A DNA stretch of 61,722 bases from Chitinophagales bacterium (GTDB lineage Bacteria; Bacteroidota; Bacteroidia; Chitinophagales; S012-47): contig JALSIH010000123.1 in NCBI GenBank assembly GCA_026981615.1, forward strand, positions 1 to 61,722. Reading direction: 5' to 3'. Positions 45,901 to 54,059 of the stretch are shown here, piece by piece. How positions within the stretch are numbered: the stretch's first letter is position 1; each line of letters opens with the position of its first letter. The notes beneath the pieces were generated by a model that was given only the letters and a program-made list of their open reading frames with translations, was not told the origin of the DNA and searched no databases. The position numbers and the translations under genes were made by a program.

Positions 45901-46826
45901 TGAACCCCGTTGGCAGAGACCGTTTGACCGGTCATATCCACCTGAAGCGTCAGACTTACCAGCGAAGCACAAGCCGTGCAAGAGCTGAAGCAGACCGTAG
46001 CCAGTGTGGTGTCGGAGTTGGGAATGGTCATATTCCGGTTGCCGTTTACGGCACAGGAATTGGGAACCGACTCCCAGTTGTTGCCGTCAATGACGAATTT
46101 GTAATCAATCACATCCCCTTTTTTGAATTTGGCCGTATACTCATATACGCCATTGCCTACGGCCGTCATTGGCGTAGCTGCAGGGTTCCATCCCTGGAAA
46201 GACCCGGCTATCGTAACACCGGCCGTTACATTTTCGAGCGAAGCATCCACGCGGAATGTCACATCTACCGAATCGGAAGCTGCGCTAAGTTCTACCTTAT
46301 CAATGGCGGCATAGTCAGAACCTCCGTTCTGGGTCGCCTCAAATCGCAATTCCACACTGTTGGCAGTGGCAGGCACATTCACGACCACTTTTGTCCATCC
46401 CATAGTATTCGGATTCAAAAGAGTGCCGTGGGTGGTCCATGCAGGAGCCCCGTCATAACGAACCTGATAGGCGATGGTATCACCAAAGGCTTCGTCAAAT
46501 CCTACCGTATAATACCAGAAAGACAATTCCATAGCACCCAGGGCCGAGGTATTGACCGGGTCAAAGGTGAGGTAATGCCAGAAGTCTCCGCCTCCGTTTC
46601 CGTTGTTCAGGTCACGCATACCCCAAAAGCGGCTGCCGTCATAGGCTGTAATGGGGCCCAGGGAACTCAGGGTATCCCAAACATCTCCGCTGACATTGTA
46701 GGCAGCGGGACTGTTGGTATAGGTCCAGTTCTCAGAAGCACTTCCCTCAAAACCCTGAAGGAAAGTGGATTGGGCCGTTAGCGTAAAGCCAGCCATCCAA
46801 AGTAAAAGTGTAGTGATTGCTCTCAT
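42972..46826 (-). CDS. large T9SS-secreted multidomain protein (jelly-roll N-domain, two CBM20/48-like modules, three ~204-aa OB-like modules, Calx-beta, PKD, T9SS CTD)
   Basis: Signal peptide. The GSFQGWNP motif occurs twice. Three copies of a module with the G.V......GF.I.D..GGINV......GD...V.G....F.GL.E pattern. A Calx-beta-like TGGTATAGADYT segment. A PKD module. C-terminal VSIFPVPASGQITI...-type sorting domain. Confidence 0.8.
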   Translation of the reverse strand: MRAITTLLLWMAGFTLTAQSTFLQGFEGSASENWTYTNSPAAYNVSGDVWDTLSSLGPITAYDGSRFWGMRDLNNGNGGGDFWHYLTFDPVNTSALGAMELSFWYYTVGFDEAFGDTIAYQVRYDGAPAWTTHGTLLNPNTMGWTKVVVNVPATANSVELRFEATQNGGSDYAAIDKVELSAASDSVDVTFRVDASLENVTAGVTIAGSFQGWNPAATPMTAVGNGVYEYTAKFKKGDVIDYKFVIDGNNWESVPNSCAVNGNRNMTIPNSDTTLATVCFSSCTACASLVSLTLQVDMTGQTVSANGVHVAGSFQGWNPSGSPMIHIGNNIYTYTVQVQQGSTHQYKFLNGNDWPFVENVPAACGVDDGFGGYNREVTVPADTTLPPVKFSSCDITQTMINFLPYSMLKMVDANNEPVNKDTSGWIKGVVYSIDFDGNNGYSFFIRDGGEGINIYNSSDVSGYVVTEGDSLHIRGKLGFFRGLIEFIPDSIALIEAGRDYGNPDMVSNLDESTEGNYIRINGVYLADPTQWPTGSGSRNVDIVTANGDTLTMRIDSDTDIDGAMPAPTGNFDVIGCGGQYDPSSPYNSGYQILPRYQEDIITGPEFFDYNMLKTVDANNEPVYKDTVGWIQGIVFSIDFDGNNGYSFFMRDGTEGINVFNFSDVNSYVVAEGDMLHIHGKLGFFRGLIEFIPDSIIVVSQNNAYGDPDVVNNLGEDTEGDYLRINNVYLADPTQWPTGSGSRNVDIVTANGDTLTMRIDSDTDIDGAMPAPAGNFDVIGCGSQYDPSSPYNSGYQILPRYQQDIIQGVSDTPSVFFTLTNIVVDESAGFADLTISITDPNSNPTSVDVAVTGGTATAGADYTFTSPTTVTFPANSSAPVTVQVAIIDDNDQEGDETIMFELQNPTNNAKILIANATVTISANDKPLPVYTVDQINSVDADGVGDSLGVRCELRGVVTTIDYRGGGLQFWIQDPTGGINVFSFSEVSNYMVVEGDSIHVIGTLDQFNGLLEIIPDSIGLISSGNDQPAAMEVDTLMEEYESEVLVLNDVEMLDSIPTGGGYNIQALHNGDTIIIRVDDRTDLDTMPFPTGFYRVTGVGSQYDPSAPYFDGYQLMIRRFADFEPMMTPVAAFDYVANKLDVQFTDMSDNYPSAWSWTFGDGSGSSDQNPAHSYAADGIYEVCLTASNSQGSSTVCDSVSVTSVGIATLDPSIGVSIFPVPASGQITIVSDIEILDLQVIDMNGRVLINKRINALQTNIAIKNLSNGNYILRLNTRKGVGMQRFVKE
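44400..45625 (-). repeat. intragenic tandem duplication, two 612-bp (204-codon) units
   Basis: Landmarks recur at an offset of exactly 612 nt (CAGCAT at 44991 and 45603; GGCAT at 44521 and 45133). A 127-nt core (44519-44645 vs 45131-45257) differs at only 4 positions, and the flanks are clearly more diverged. Confidence 0.85.
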
Positions 46827-46852
46827 AGCGATAATTTTGGTTTAAGTTCGAA

Positions 46853-46860
46853 CAAATCTA
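46853..46860 (-). promoter_or_regulatory. Bacteroidota -7 promoter box (TAgaTTTG on minus strand) for the 1284-aa gene
   Basis: The plus strand reads CAAATCTA, 27 nt upstream of ATG 46826. Confidence 0.45.
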
Positions 46861-47185
46861 AGATTCAGCGCGCAAAAAGCAGTCAAATCAACTTTGATAG
46901 ATATTAACTTTTAATAAACATTTCGGAATTTCTGCTCCGCACCGGGAAGAGAAAGCCCCGGCCGCTTCAAAAAAAGACCCGGATTTGCCGCTCCCCGGTA
47001 GCTCTGTGGGACGAAGTTTTGCCCTGCATAATAACGGAAAAGAAAGACGAAAAGGAGAGAAAAGTTATTTCATCGTAGAAATGAGGTCATTCATCGAATT
47101 TGGAAAAGGTATCGTCCGGAATTCATTGACCAGCGGATAGAGAGCCACTAACTTTAGTCACAAGAAAGTCACACAGGCAATTCGA

Positions 47186-47455
47186 ATGATACGATCAAAA
47201 AAAATATTAGTTTCAATTTTCTTCCTCTTTTTTCTGACATTTGCTGCACAGGCAAACGGGCCCAAAGGGGAAAACACGAAAAACGTGCCTGTAAATAAAG
47301 TGGAGAAGAAAGAAATCAAAAAAGACAATAACGCGATTGTTGTTCCGAATATGAAGAATGATCAGTGGCAGATTCGCAAAAAGCGCATTCGCATTCCCGG
47401 AGAATTCGAAGGAACCCTGCCATTGCTCAGTTACAAAGAACAACAAGTCGCATAA
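47186..47455 (+). CDS. small secreted lysine-rich hypothetical protein (89 aa)
   Basis: Signal peptide with an AQA cleavage motif. A long hairpin terminator 23 nt after the stop supports an independent transcript. Confidence 0.5.
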   Translation: MIRSKKILVSIFFLFFLTFAAQANGPKGENTKNVPVNKVEKKEIKKDNNAIVVPNMKNDQWQIRKKRIRIPGEFEGTLPLLSYKEQQVA

Positions 47456-47477
47456 AGTTGGTGTATTAGGGGAGTGT

Positions 47478-47518
47478 AAGGGGCTTATGCATTTATTTGC
47501 ATGGCCCCTTATCATTTT
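47478..47518 (+). terminator. intrinsic terminator
   Basis: Outer 7-bp stem AAGGGGC/GCCCCTT and inner 5-bp stem ATGCA/TGCAT, followed by ATCATTTT. Confidence 0.7.
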
Positions 47519-47539
47519 CATAAGCTGCTCTTCTCTCCT

Positions 47540-47547
47540 TAAATTTG
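47540..47547 (+). promoter_or_regulatory. Bacteroidota -7 promoter box (TAaaTTTG) for MORN-repeat gene
   Basis: Exact match 28 nt upstream of ATG 47575. Confidence 0.45.
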
Positions 47548-47574
47548 CCTTGTACCCCGAAAATCATCTCTGAC

Positions 47575-48501
47575 ATGCGCAGTCTGTTTTTTTGCACCCT
47601 GCTTTTACTTTCCCTGTCCCTATCCGGCCAGGTTTGTCTCGAAGGCAATTGTGAAAACGGCAAGGGGCGTCTTCGTCTGGCCGATGGATCGGTTTATGAC
47701 GGAGAATTCAAAGACGGGCGTTTCACGGGCAAAGGAGAATACATTGCCGTAGGCGGACATCATTTTGCGGGCGACTGGCTTGAGGGCGATCTCTTGCGCG
47801 GCAAACTCGAGTATCAGAACGGAGAAATCTATGAAGGAAGCTTTGAAAACTACCTGCCCTCGGGGAAAGGCCGCCACAGCATGCCGGACGGCACGGTGTA
47901 TACAGGCGAATTCAAAAGAGGTCTTTATCACGGCAAAGGAAAAATAATTTATGCGGACGGAAGCAGCTATGAAGGAGATTTCGTCAAGGGCAAGAGGCAG
48001 GGCTTCGGCATCTATAAAGGAAAGAACGGGCTGATATTTGAAGGAGAATTTTATGAAAACCAGCCCACCGGCCGGGGAAAAAAGATTTTTCCGAACGGAA
48101 ACAAATACACGGGCCGGCTGGTCAACGGACGAATGGACGGCAAAGGCCGGCTGGAATACTATACCGGTGCCGTCTATGAAGGAGAGTTCAAAAAAGGAAA
48201 GCGCCACGGAAATGGGGTATTTACCATGCCGGACGGATCGCGCTATGAAGGAGAATTCAAAAACGGGGCTGCCGAAGGCCACGGAATGATCTACTACTCC
48301 AATGGCGACCGTTTTGAAGGCGAATTGCTGAGGGGCGGAAGAAACGGGGAAGGACGCTATTATTTTGCCGACAGCACCTGGTATGAAGGCCGTTGGGAAA
48401 ACGACCGCGTGGTCGGGATCATCCTCTTCCACGATAAAGACGGGACGGTCACAGAGCAAAAAATCGTTGACGGAAAAAGGGTGCTGATCAATGAGAAATG
48501 A
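47575..48501 (+). CDS. MORN repeat-containing secreted protein
   Basis: About ten or more tandem Y.G....G...G.G units (for example YEGEFKNGAAEGHG). Signal peptide from ATG 47575. Confidence 0.8.
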   Translation: MRSLFFCTLLLLSLSLSGQVCLEGNCENGKGRLRLADGSVYDGEFKDGRFTGKGEYIAVGGHHFAGDWLEGDLLRGKLEYQNGEIYEGSFENYLPSGKGRHSMPDGTVYTGEFKRGLYHGKGKIIYADGSSYEGDFVKGKRQGFGIYKGKNGLIFEGEFYENQPTGRGKKIFPNGNKYTGRLVNGRMDGKGRLEYYTGAVYEGEFKKGKRHGNGVFTMPDGSRYEGEFKNGAAEGHGMIYYSNGDRFEGELLRGGRNGEGRYYFADSTWYEGRWENDRVVGIILFHDKDGTVTEQKIVDGKRVLINEK

Positions 48502-48519
48502 ACCCGGGGCTTTGCTGCC

Positions 48520-50532
48520 TTAAGTAAATATCCGTGTCCGCTTCAGATATTTTTTAAGCAGGACGGCACTCACTGCGGCAATGCTCAGAAAGAGCCCGCC
48601 CAATACGGCATCGTTGAGCAGCATTTTGCCTATGCCGAAAAGCACCGAATAGGTCATCACGATAGCGATCATCCATGAAAGGGCCAGGTTTTTCATATTG
48701 CTGTTGTCCACCGCCATCCCTGCCCTGCCGGCTATTGCTTTCCAGGCTCCGTCCGGCCGCACCTTCAAATAGAATTTCTGCAAAGTTTTTTCCGACTCCG
48801 GGCGGGTCAGGAAAGTGACCGAGAGCCAGGCCACCGTTGTAAATGAAACCGTAAAAAAGAAAGAATCAGGGAAGACCCGGCCCAGGGCAAAGCGGGCAAT
48901 GGAATAAGCCAGAAAGGGTGCCAGGGTGGCTACGATCTCGCTCCAGGCATTGATACGCCACCAGTACCATCGCAGAATAAGCACCAGCCCGAGACCTGCA
49001 CCGCATTCGATTAGAAAGGTCCACACTCCGGAGATGGAATGCATGAAAAGCGCAGCTCCCCAGCCGAGGCAAAGAATAAGCAGGGTCGTCACACGCGATA
49101 TGGCCACCAGTCTGCGGTTGCGCGCCCCGCGGTCGATAAAGCGCTTGTAAAAATCATTGACGAGATAGCTCGATCCCCAGTTTATCTGGGTCGAGATGGT
49201 ACTCATAAAGGCCGCAAAGAAGGCTGCAAGCAAAAGCCCCTTCCAACCCACCGGCAAATTATTTTTCATAATCAGCACATAGCCCTTGCGCTTGTCTTTT
49301 TGATAAGCCAGCGCATCGCTTAATTCCGGATTCGTACGCGCTGCCGCCTGCAGCTGCGCACTGACGACCTGCAAGCTGCCCTCTATGCGCCCGATAAAGG
49401 CATTGCCGCGGGCCAGGCCGCTAATTTGTGTGGAATCCATCGCATAGGCCTCGGCAGGCACCCGGCCACTCTGTTCGAGAGAAAAAACCGCTTTTTGCAG
49501 AAAGGGGTCCTTTACTTTGCCCGAGATGTTTCCATAAAGAAGCACCGCACACAATCCTGTAATGATCCACGGCCACGGACGCAGGCAGTAGTGGGCAATT
49601 TGAAAAAACAAGGTAGAATACACCGCTCCTTTTTCAGATTTTGTGCTCATCATGCGCTGCGCAATATAGCCTCCGCCCCCGGGCTCGGCACCCGGATACC
49701 AGCTGGCCCACCACTGCACCACCATATGCGCCAGAAACGCACCGACACCCAGCGACAAAGTCGTTCCCAATGCTCCGGCCTTGCTGCCGTCCCCGATTTG
49801 CGGGAAAAAATTAAGGGATTCGGGAGCAGCCAGCTCCAGCTTATGGGTCATCTCTGTCAATCCGCCAATTTCGGGGCTGTTGACCACAAAAACGGCCAAT
49901 GCAATCGAACCGGTCATGGCCAGCAAAAACTGGATATTGTCGGTAATGGCTACTCCGAGCAAACCGCTGGCAGCCGAATAAATGCCCACGAGCAGAAGCA
50001 AGGCCCCGAGAATGTAAAAAGCCTCCATGCGCTGCACATCAAAAAAAACTTCGAGGATGGTCATCATGGCCAGGTTGACCCATCCGATGATGAGGATATT
50101 CAGAAAGAGGCCGAAATAAACACTTTTCAGGCCCCTTAAAAAAGCCGCAGGCCGCCCCCCGTAGCGCAGCTCCACCAGTTCCACATCGGTCAGCACCCCG
50201 GACTTGCGCCAAAGGTTGGCAAAGAAAAAGGTCGTCAGCATGCCCCCGAGGAGGAAGTTCCACCACAGCCAGTTTCCGGAAATGCCGTATTGCCCCACGA
50301 GCTCGGTGACGGCCAGCGGGGTATCGGCCGCAAAGGTGGTGGCCACCATGGATATGCCGGCCACCAGCCAGGGAAGATTGCGCCCGCCCAGAAAGAAAGA
50401 GGCCAGATCGGAAGATGCCTTCTTGCGAAAGGCCAGCCCGATCAATACAATCAGCAGCAGCGAGATGCCGATAATCAGCCAATCCAGCGGAGCTATTTGA
50501 TTTAATACTTCCTTCACACCTTGTATATCCAT
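48520..50532 (-). CDS. sodium:solute symporter (SSS) family transporter
   Basis: About 14 hydrophobic segments. The N-terminal FFLGGRNLPWLVAGISMVATTFAADTPL is typical of SSS transporters. Confidence 0.75.
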   Translation of the reverse strand: MDIQGVKEVLNQIAPLDWLIIGISLLLIVLIGLAFRKKASSDLASFFLGGRNLPWLVAGISMVATTFAADTPLAVTELVGQYGISGNWLWWNFLLGGMLTTFFFANLWRKSGVLTDVELVELRYGGRPAAFLRGLKSVYFGLFLNILIIGWVNLAMMTILEVFFDVQRMEAFYILGALLLLVGIYSAASGLLGVAITDNIQFLLAMTGSIALAVFVVNSPEIGGLTEMTHKLELAAPESLNFFPQIGDGSKAGALGTTLSLGVGAFLAHMVVQWWASWYPGAEPGGGGYIAQRMMSTKSEKGAVYSTLFFQIAHYCLRPWPWIITGLCAVLLYGNISGKVKDPFLQKAVFSLEQSGRVPAEAYAMDSTQISGLARGNAFIGRIEGSLQVVSAQLQAAARTNPELSDALAYQKDKRKGYVLIMKNNLPVGWKGLLLAAFFAAFMSTISTQINWGSSYLVNDFYKRFIDRGARNRRLVAISRVTTLLILCLGWGAALFMHSISGVWTFLIECGAGLGLVLILRWYWWRINAWSEIVATLAPFLAYSIARFALGRVFPDSFFFTVSFTTVAWLSVTFLTRPESEKTLQKFYLKVRPDGAWKAIAGRAGMAVDNSNMKNLALSWMIAIVMTYSVLFGIGKMLLNDAVLGGLFLSIAAVSAVLLKKYLKRTRIFT

Positions 50533-50550
50533 TGCGAATTTCTTCTTGCT

Positions 50551-50558
50551 TAATTTTG
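50551..50558 (+). promoter_or_regulatory. Bacteroidota -7 promoter box (TAatTTTG) for pfkA
   Basis: Exact match 49 nt upstream of ATG 50607. Confidence 0.4.
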
Positions 50559-50606
50559 CTTCTTCGTTTTCTTCCGAAGGTCAATAATAAATGAAATCAG
50601 AGAGCC

Positions 50607-51590
50607 ATGAAAGAGATAAATCGGATTGGAGTGTTTACTTCCGGAGGCGATGCCCCGGGCATGAATGCCGCCATCAGGGCCGTGGTGAGAGCTTCGCTGT
50701 ATCACAAGCTCGAAGTAGCAGGCATCTACCGGGGATATGCCGGCATGATAGAGGGCAGTTTCATTAAGATGAACAGCCATTCGGTGAGCAACATCATACA
50801 GCGCGGAGGCACCATACTGAAAACGGCCCGAAGCGATGAATTCCGAACGCGTGAAGGTCGCAAAAAAGCCTACGAGAATCTCGTGGAAAACAATATTGAC
50901 GCCCTGGTGGCCATCGGGGGCGATGGCACCTTCAGCGGGGCACATGTCTTTTTCAAAGAATACGGCATGCCCGTGATCGGCATTCCGGGCACCATCGACA
51001 ACGACCTCTACGGCACCGATTTTACCATCGGCTTCGATACGGCCATCAATACAGCCATTGATGCCATTGACAAAATTCGTGACACGGCCGACTCGCACGA
51101 CCGTCTGTTTTTTGTGGAGGTGATGGGCCGCGATGCGGGAATGATTGCGCTTCGAAGCGGCATAGCGGGCGGAGCCGAGGCCATTTTGGTGCCTGAATGG
51201 AAAACCGATATCGACCAGCTGATCTCCATACTGGAAAGAGGATGGAAAAAGCACAAAAGCAGCAGCATTGTGGTGATTGCCGAGGGCGATCAAAGCGGGG
51301 GTGCTTTCAAAGTGGCCGAAAAAGTAAAAGAACGATTTAACCATTACGACACCCGCGTCTCCATACTCGGCCACATTCAGCGCGGAGGCAATCCCAGCTG
51401 CAACGACCGGGTGATGGCCAGCCGCCTGGGCGTGGCTGCCGTAGATGCACTGACCCGGGGCCGAAGCGATGAGATGGTCGGCATTATTCACAACGAGGTG
51501 AAGTTCACACCGCTCGAAAAGGCAATTAAATACCACCAGGGCATCAACAAAGACTACATGCAGATGATTGAAATCCTGGCCGGTTATTGA
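50607..51590 (+). CDS. pfkA: 6-phosphofructokinase
   Basis: IGVFTSGGDAPGMNAAIRAVVR, GGDGT and PGTIDND motifs. Confidence 0.95.
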   Translation: MKEINRIGVFTSGGDAPGMNAAIRAVVRASLYHKLEVAGIYRGYAGMIEGSFIKMNSHSVSNIIQRGGTILKTARSDEFRTREGRKKAYENLVENNIDALVAIGGDGTFSGAHVFFKEYGMPVIGIPGTIDNDLYGTDFTIGFDTAINTAIDAIDKIRDTADSHDRLFFVEVMGRDAGMIALRSGIAGGAEAILVPEWKTDIDQLISILERGWKKHKSSSIVVIAEGDQSGGAFKVAEKVKERFNHYDTRVSILGHIQRGGNPSCNDRVMASRLGVAAVDALTRGRSDEMVGIIHNEVKFTPLEKAIKYHQGINKDYMQMIEILAGY

Positions 51591-52279
51591 TCGCTCTCAG
51601 GCTCCATTTCCAATCGAAAGCGCTCCTTTTCCAGGCGGGAAAAATCACGCCCTATATCTTCTCTGCAATGGCTTTCGGGACTCACCACGAAGCCGATCTT
51701 GCTCAATACGCGGAACATGCCTCCGCCCACGAGTGGCGAAAAACTCAAAAAGCAGCCTTGCTCCCCGTCTTTCCTCATTTGAGAAGGAACGACTGCCCGC
51801 TTCACCGCCACTTCCGTATTAAGTTGAAAAAGCATCAGCTCCGAGTAGATGGCATCCGGTAAACTGTCTTCTATACTCAGAATATAGGGATGATATCCCA
51901 TAAATGCGGGAATAACGAGTTCATGCTCCGCATTAAAAAGAAGCGGATTGCTCGCTGTCAGATAGCAGTGAATATCCAGTTTCCCGGCAAGGGCTTCCTT
52001 GTGAGGAATTTCGATCTTACTTATTTCATAATCCGGAAAGCGCTGGCTCACCCAGACCCTCGCGGCAAACTTTCCTTCCTTTGCAATCCACTTCCGCAGA
52101 CTGTCGGCCGGGCTCCCTTCGATCTGAAACTTGACCGTACCATGAAGATGGTAGCTGCTGTCAAGTATCATGTTTGTAGCCGCCATGATGCTTTCATGCT
52201 TCAATTCCGATTGGGCTTTCACTATGGAGGGAAGAGAAAAGAAAAGGGCCATGGCAAGCGGTAAAATGCACTTTTTCAT
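51584..52279 (-). CDS. hypothetical secreted protein (231 aa)
   Basis: Signal peptide ending VKAQ. No recognised motif. Its own -7 box lies upstream. Confidence 0.5.
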   Translation of the reverse strand: MKKCILPLAMALFFSLPSIVKAQSELKHESIMAATNMILDSSYHLHGTVKFQIEGSPADSLRKWIAKEGKFAARVWVSQRFPDYEISKIEIPHKEALAGKLDIHCYLTASNPLLFNAEHELVIPAFMGYHPYILSIEDSLPDAIYSELMLFQLNTEVAVKRAVVPSQMRKDGEQGCFLSFSPLVGGGMFRVLSKIGFVVSPESHCREDIGRDFSRLEKERFRLEMEPESDQ

Positions 52280-52295
52280 TGTTTGTATTTGTCCT

Positions 52296-52303
52296 CAAAT
52301 TTA
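52296..52303 (-). promoter_or_regulatory. Bacteroidota -7 promoter box (TAaaTTTG on minus strand)
   Basis: The plus strand reads CAAATTTA, 17 nt upstream of ATG 52279. Confidence 0.45.
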
Positions 52304-52371
52304 CTCCAATCAATTTAATATTCGGGGCCTCGGATATGAACGAAACGGGAGATTATTCTTAATTTCAACTG

Positions 52372-52941
52372 ATGCGCTTCGGCATTTTATTTTTTCTTCT
52401 CATCCTCCCTCTCCTTGTGGCCGGGCAAAAGTATGAAGCCCCTTCGCAGAGCGATTCCGTGTACATCTATGTGGATAACGCCCCACATTTTCGGGGCGGA
52501 GATGAAGAGATGTACCGCTACATAGAAGAACAACTCTTCCTTCAGCTTTCAACTCCTCTTCTCGACCGCATGAATGAATCGGGATCGTACGACTGCCTCG
52601 TGAAATTTGTGGTTGACCGGCAGGGAAATATCAGCGGGGCAAGCATCGACAACCGAAGCCGTGATTTTTACCTGAGCGATGACATAACCGGGATCATAAA
52701 CAACATGCCCGCCTGGGAGCCCGGAAAAGTACGGGGAATACCCGTAAATACGCTTGTGTATCTGAAGCTGGATATTGCAACGGGCAACGGTTATCCTCAG
52801 ATTCGATTTAATCCCCTTTTTCCCGATTCGGGCATCTGGGCGCGGAAGAGGATGAGCAGGAAACAAAAACGTTACGCCCTTCTGGCTGCCATCCTCCTGA
52901 CCGGGCTCCTCTTTCTCTTCAGCAGCCGTGGAATTCCTTAG
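52372..52941 (+). CDS. TonB C-terminal-domain protein with N-terminal signal peptide and C-terminal membrane anchor
   Basis: APHFRGGDEEMYRYIEE...VKFVVDRQGNISGASI...MPAWEPGKVRGIPV follows the Bacteroidota TonB_C pattern. The last 30 aa form a hydrophobic helix after a basic stretch. Confidence 0.65.
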   Translation: MRFGILFFLLILPLLVAGQKYEAPSQSDSVYIYVDNAPHFRGGDEEMYRYIEEQLFLQLSTPLLDRMNESGSYDCLVKFVVDRQGNISGASIDNRSRDFYLSDDITGIINNMPAWEPGKVRGIPVNTLVYLKLDIATGNGYPQIRFNPLFPDSGIWARKRMSRKQKRYALLAAILLTGLLFLFSSRGIP

Positions 52942-54059
52942 TTCGAAGACATTTCCCCGGTCCCGCTGATTCTATCCAGCAGGGCTGTCAGTTTCCGGGC
53001 CTCTTTCGTCCATGTCCAGTGTTTCCGGGCCTTCAGGCAATTTTCCTGCAATCGTTTGTAAAGTTCTTTGTCTTCGAGGAGCTTATTCAGCCCGGCCGCA
53101 ATGCCCGAAGGCGAAATATTATCAATAAGCAGGGCTACTTCGAAGGATTCGTTGAGCAGCCGGTACTCCGGAAAATCGATACACAACTGGGGGATGCCTG
53201 CCTGGACGTATGAAAAAAACTTATTGGCCAGCGAATGATAATAGCTTTGTCCTTTCTCTTCGAGCAGGTTGAGCCCCAATGTGGCGCGGGGGGTCAGTTT
53301 TGTGAGCTCCTCGGGCTGAACATAGCCGGCAAAGAATATTTTTTTGTCGATATTCAGGTCAGCGGCCCGTCTGCGCAGCTCCTCGCTCAGGTCTCCTTCT
53401 CCGGCCAGCACGAGCCGGGCATTGACCTCATTCATGGCCTCGATCGCTTGCTCCAGTCCGCGCCCCGCGTTCAGTGCTCCCTGATAAATGATCCACGGCC
53501 TTGCAGAAGCTTTCTCCTCCGGGGGAGCTGTCGGCTCCGGCATGTTCCGGATCACCTCGAACTTTCGCTTATATCGCTGTTCGTACAGGGCCGCAACTCC
53601 CTGACTCACCGTCACGCAGGCCCGTGCTCCCGGCACGGCCCTGTCTTCGATCAGCTTCCAGACAAAGCGCACCCTTTTTCTTCCGGTCAGCTCGGGCAGA
53701 CCAATGAAATATTCATGCGCATCATATACATAGGGCCGGCCCCGGAGTTTTTTTATGACATATGCGGCAAGAAGCGTATCGGCATCCACCGACCAGGTCA
53801 GCTCAGCCGGGTTTTTCAATAAGTAGAGGATCAGGCGGAGATTCAGCTCTGCATAAAAGAGGGGGCCTTTTTTGAAAAAACAGCGAAGCCGCGTTTGCTG
53901 ATAATCCCTCATCCTGAAAGGTTCGGAACCGGGCAGTTCCCGGCCGATGAGCTCTGCTTCATAATCGTTATCCTGCATGCGCTGCGCAATGCGCTGCATG
54001 CGCTGGTCAAAGCTCAGGTCATTGCTGACCAGAATCTGTATTTTTTTTATTCTGCCCAT
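52938..54059 (-). CDS. glycosyltransferase (GT-B fold, family 4-like)
   Basis: About 370 aa. The C-terminal half has the E....E-type GT1/GT4 pattern (GEGDL...FAGYV...LNLLEEKGQSY). Confidence 0.7.
   Translation of the reverse strand: MGRIKKIQILVSNDLSFDQRMQRIAQRMQDNDYEAELIGRELPGSEPFRMRDYQQTRLRCFFKKGPLFYAELNLRLILYLLKNPAELTWSVDADTLLAAYVIKKLRGRPYVYDAHEYFIGLPELTGRKRVRFVWKLIEDRAVPGARACVTVSQGVAALYEQRYKRKFEVIRNMPEPTAPPEEKASARPWIIYQGALNAGRGLEQAIEAMNEVNARLVLAGEGDLSEELRRRAADLNIDKKIFFAGYVQPEELTKLTPRATLGLNLLEEKGQSYYHSLANKFFSYVQAGIPQLCIDFPEYRLLNESFEVALLIDNISPSGIAAGLNKLLEDKELYKRLQENCLKARKHWTWTKEARKLTALLDRISGTGEMSSN

Noticed and set aside
45792-46781. 329-aa plus-strand ORF opposite the 5' part of the 1284-aa gene, and the similar ORFs 44793..45458 and 47620..48459
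   Set aside because: These are shadow ORFs opposite repeat-rich genes with clear signal peptides and domains.
50550-51536. 328-aa ORF antisense to pfkA
   Set aside because: Same reasoning: pfkA motifs are unambiguous and the antisense frame is a codon-bias shadow.
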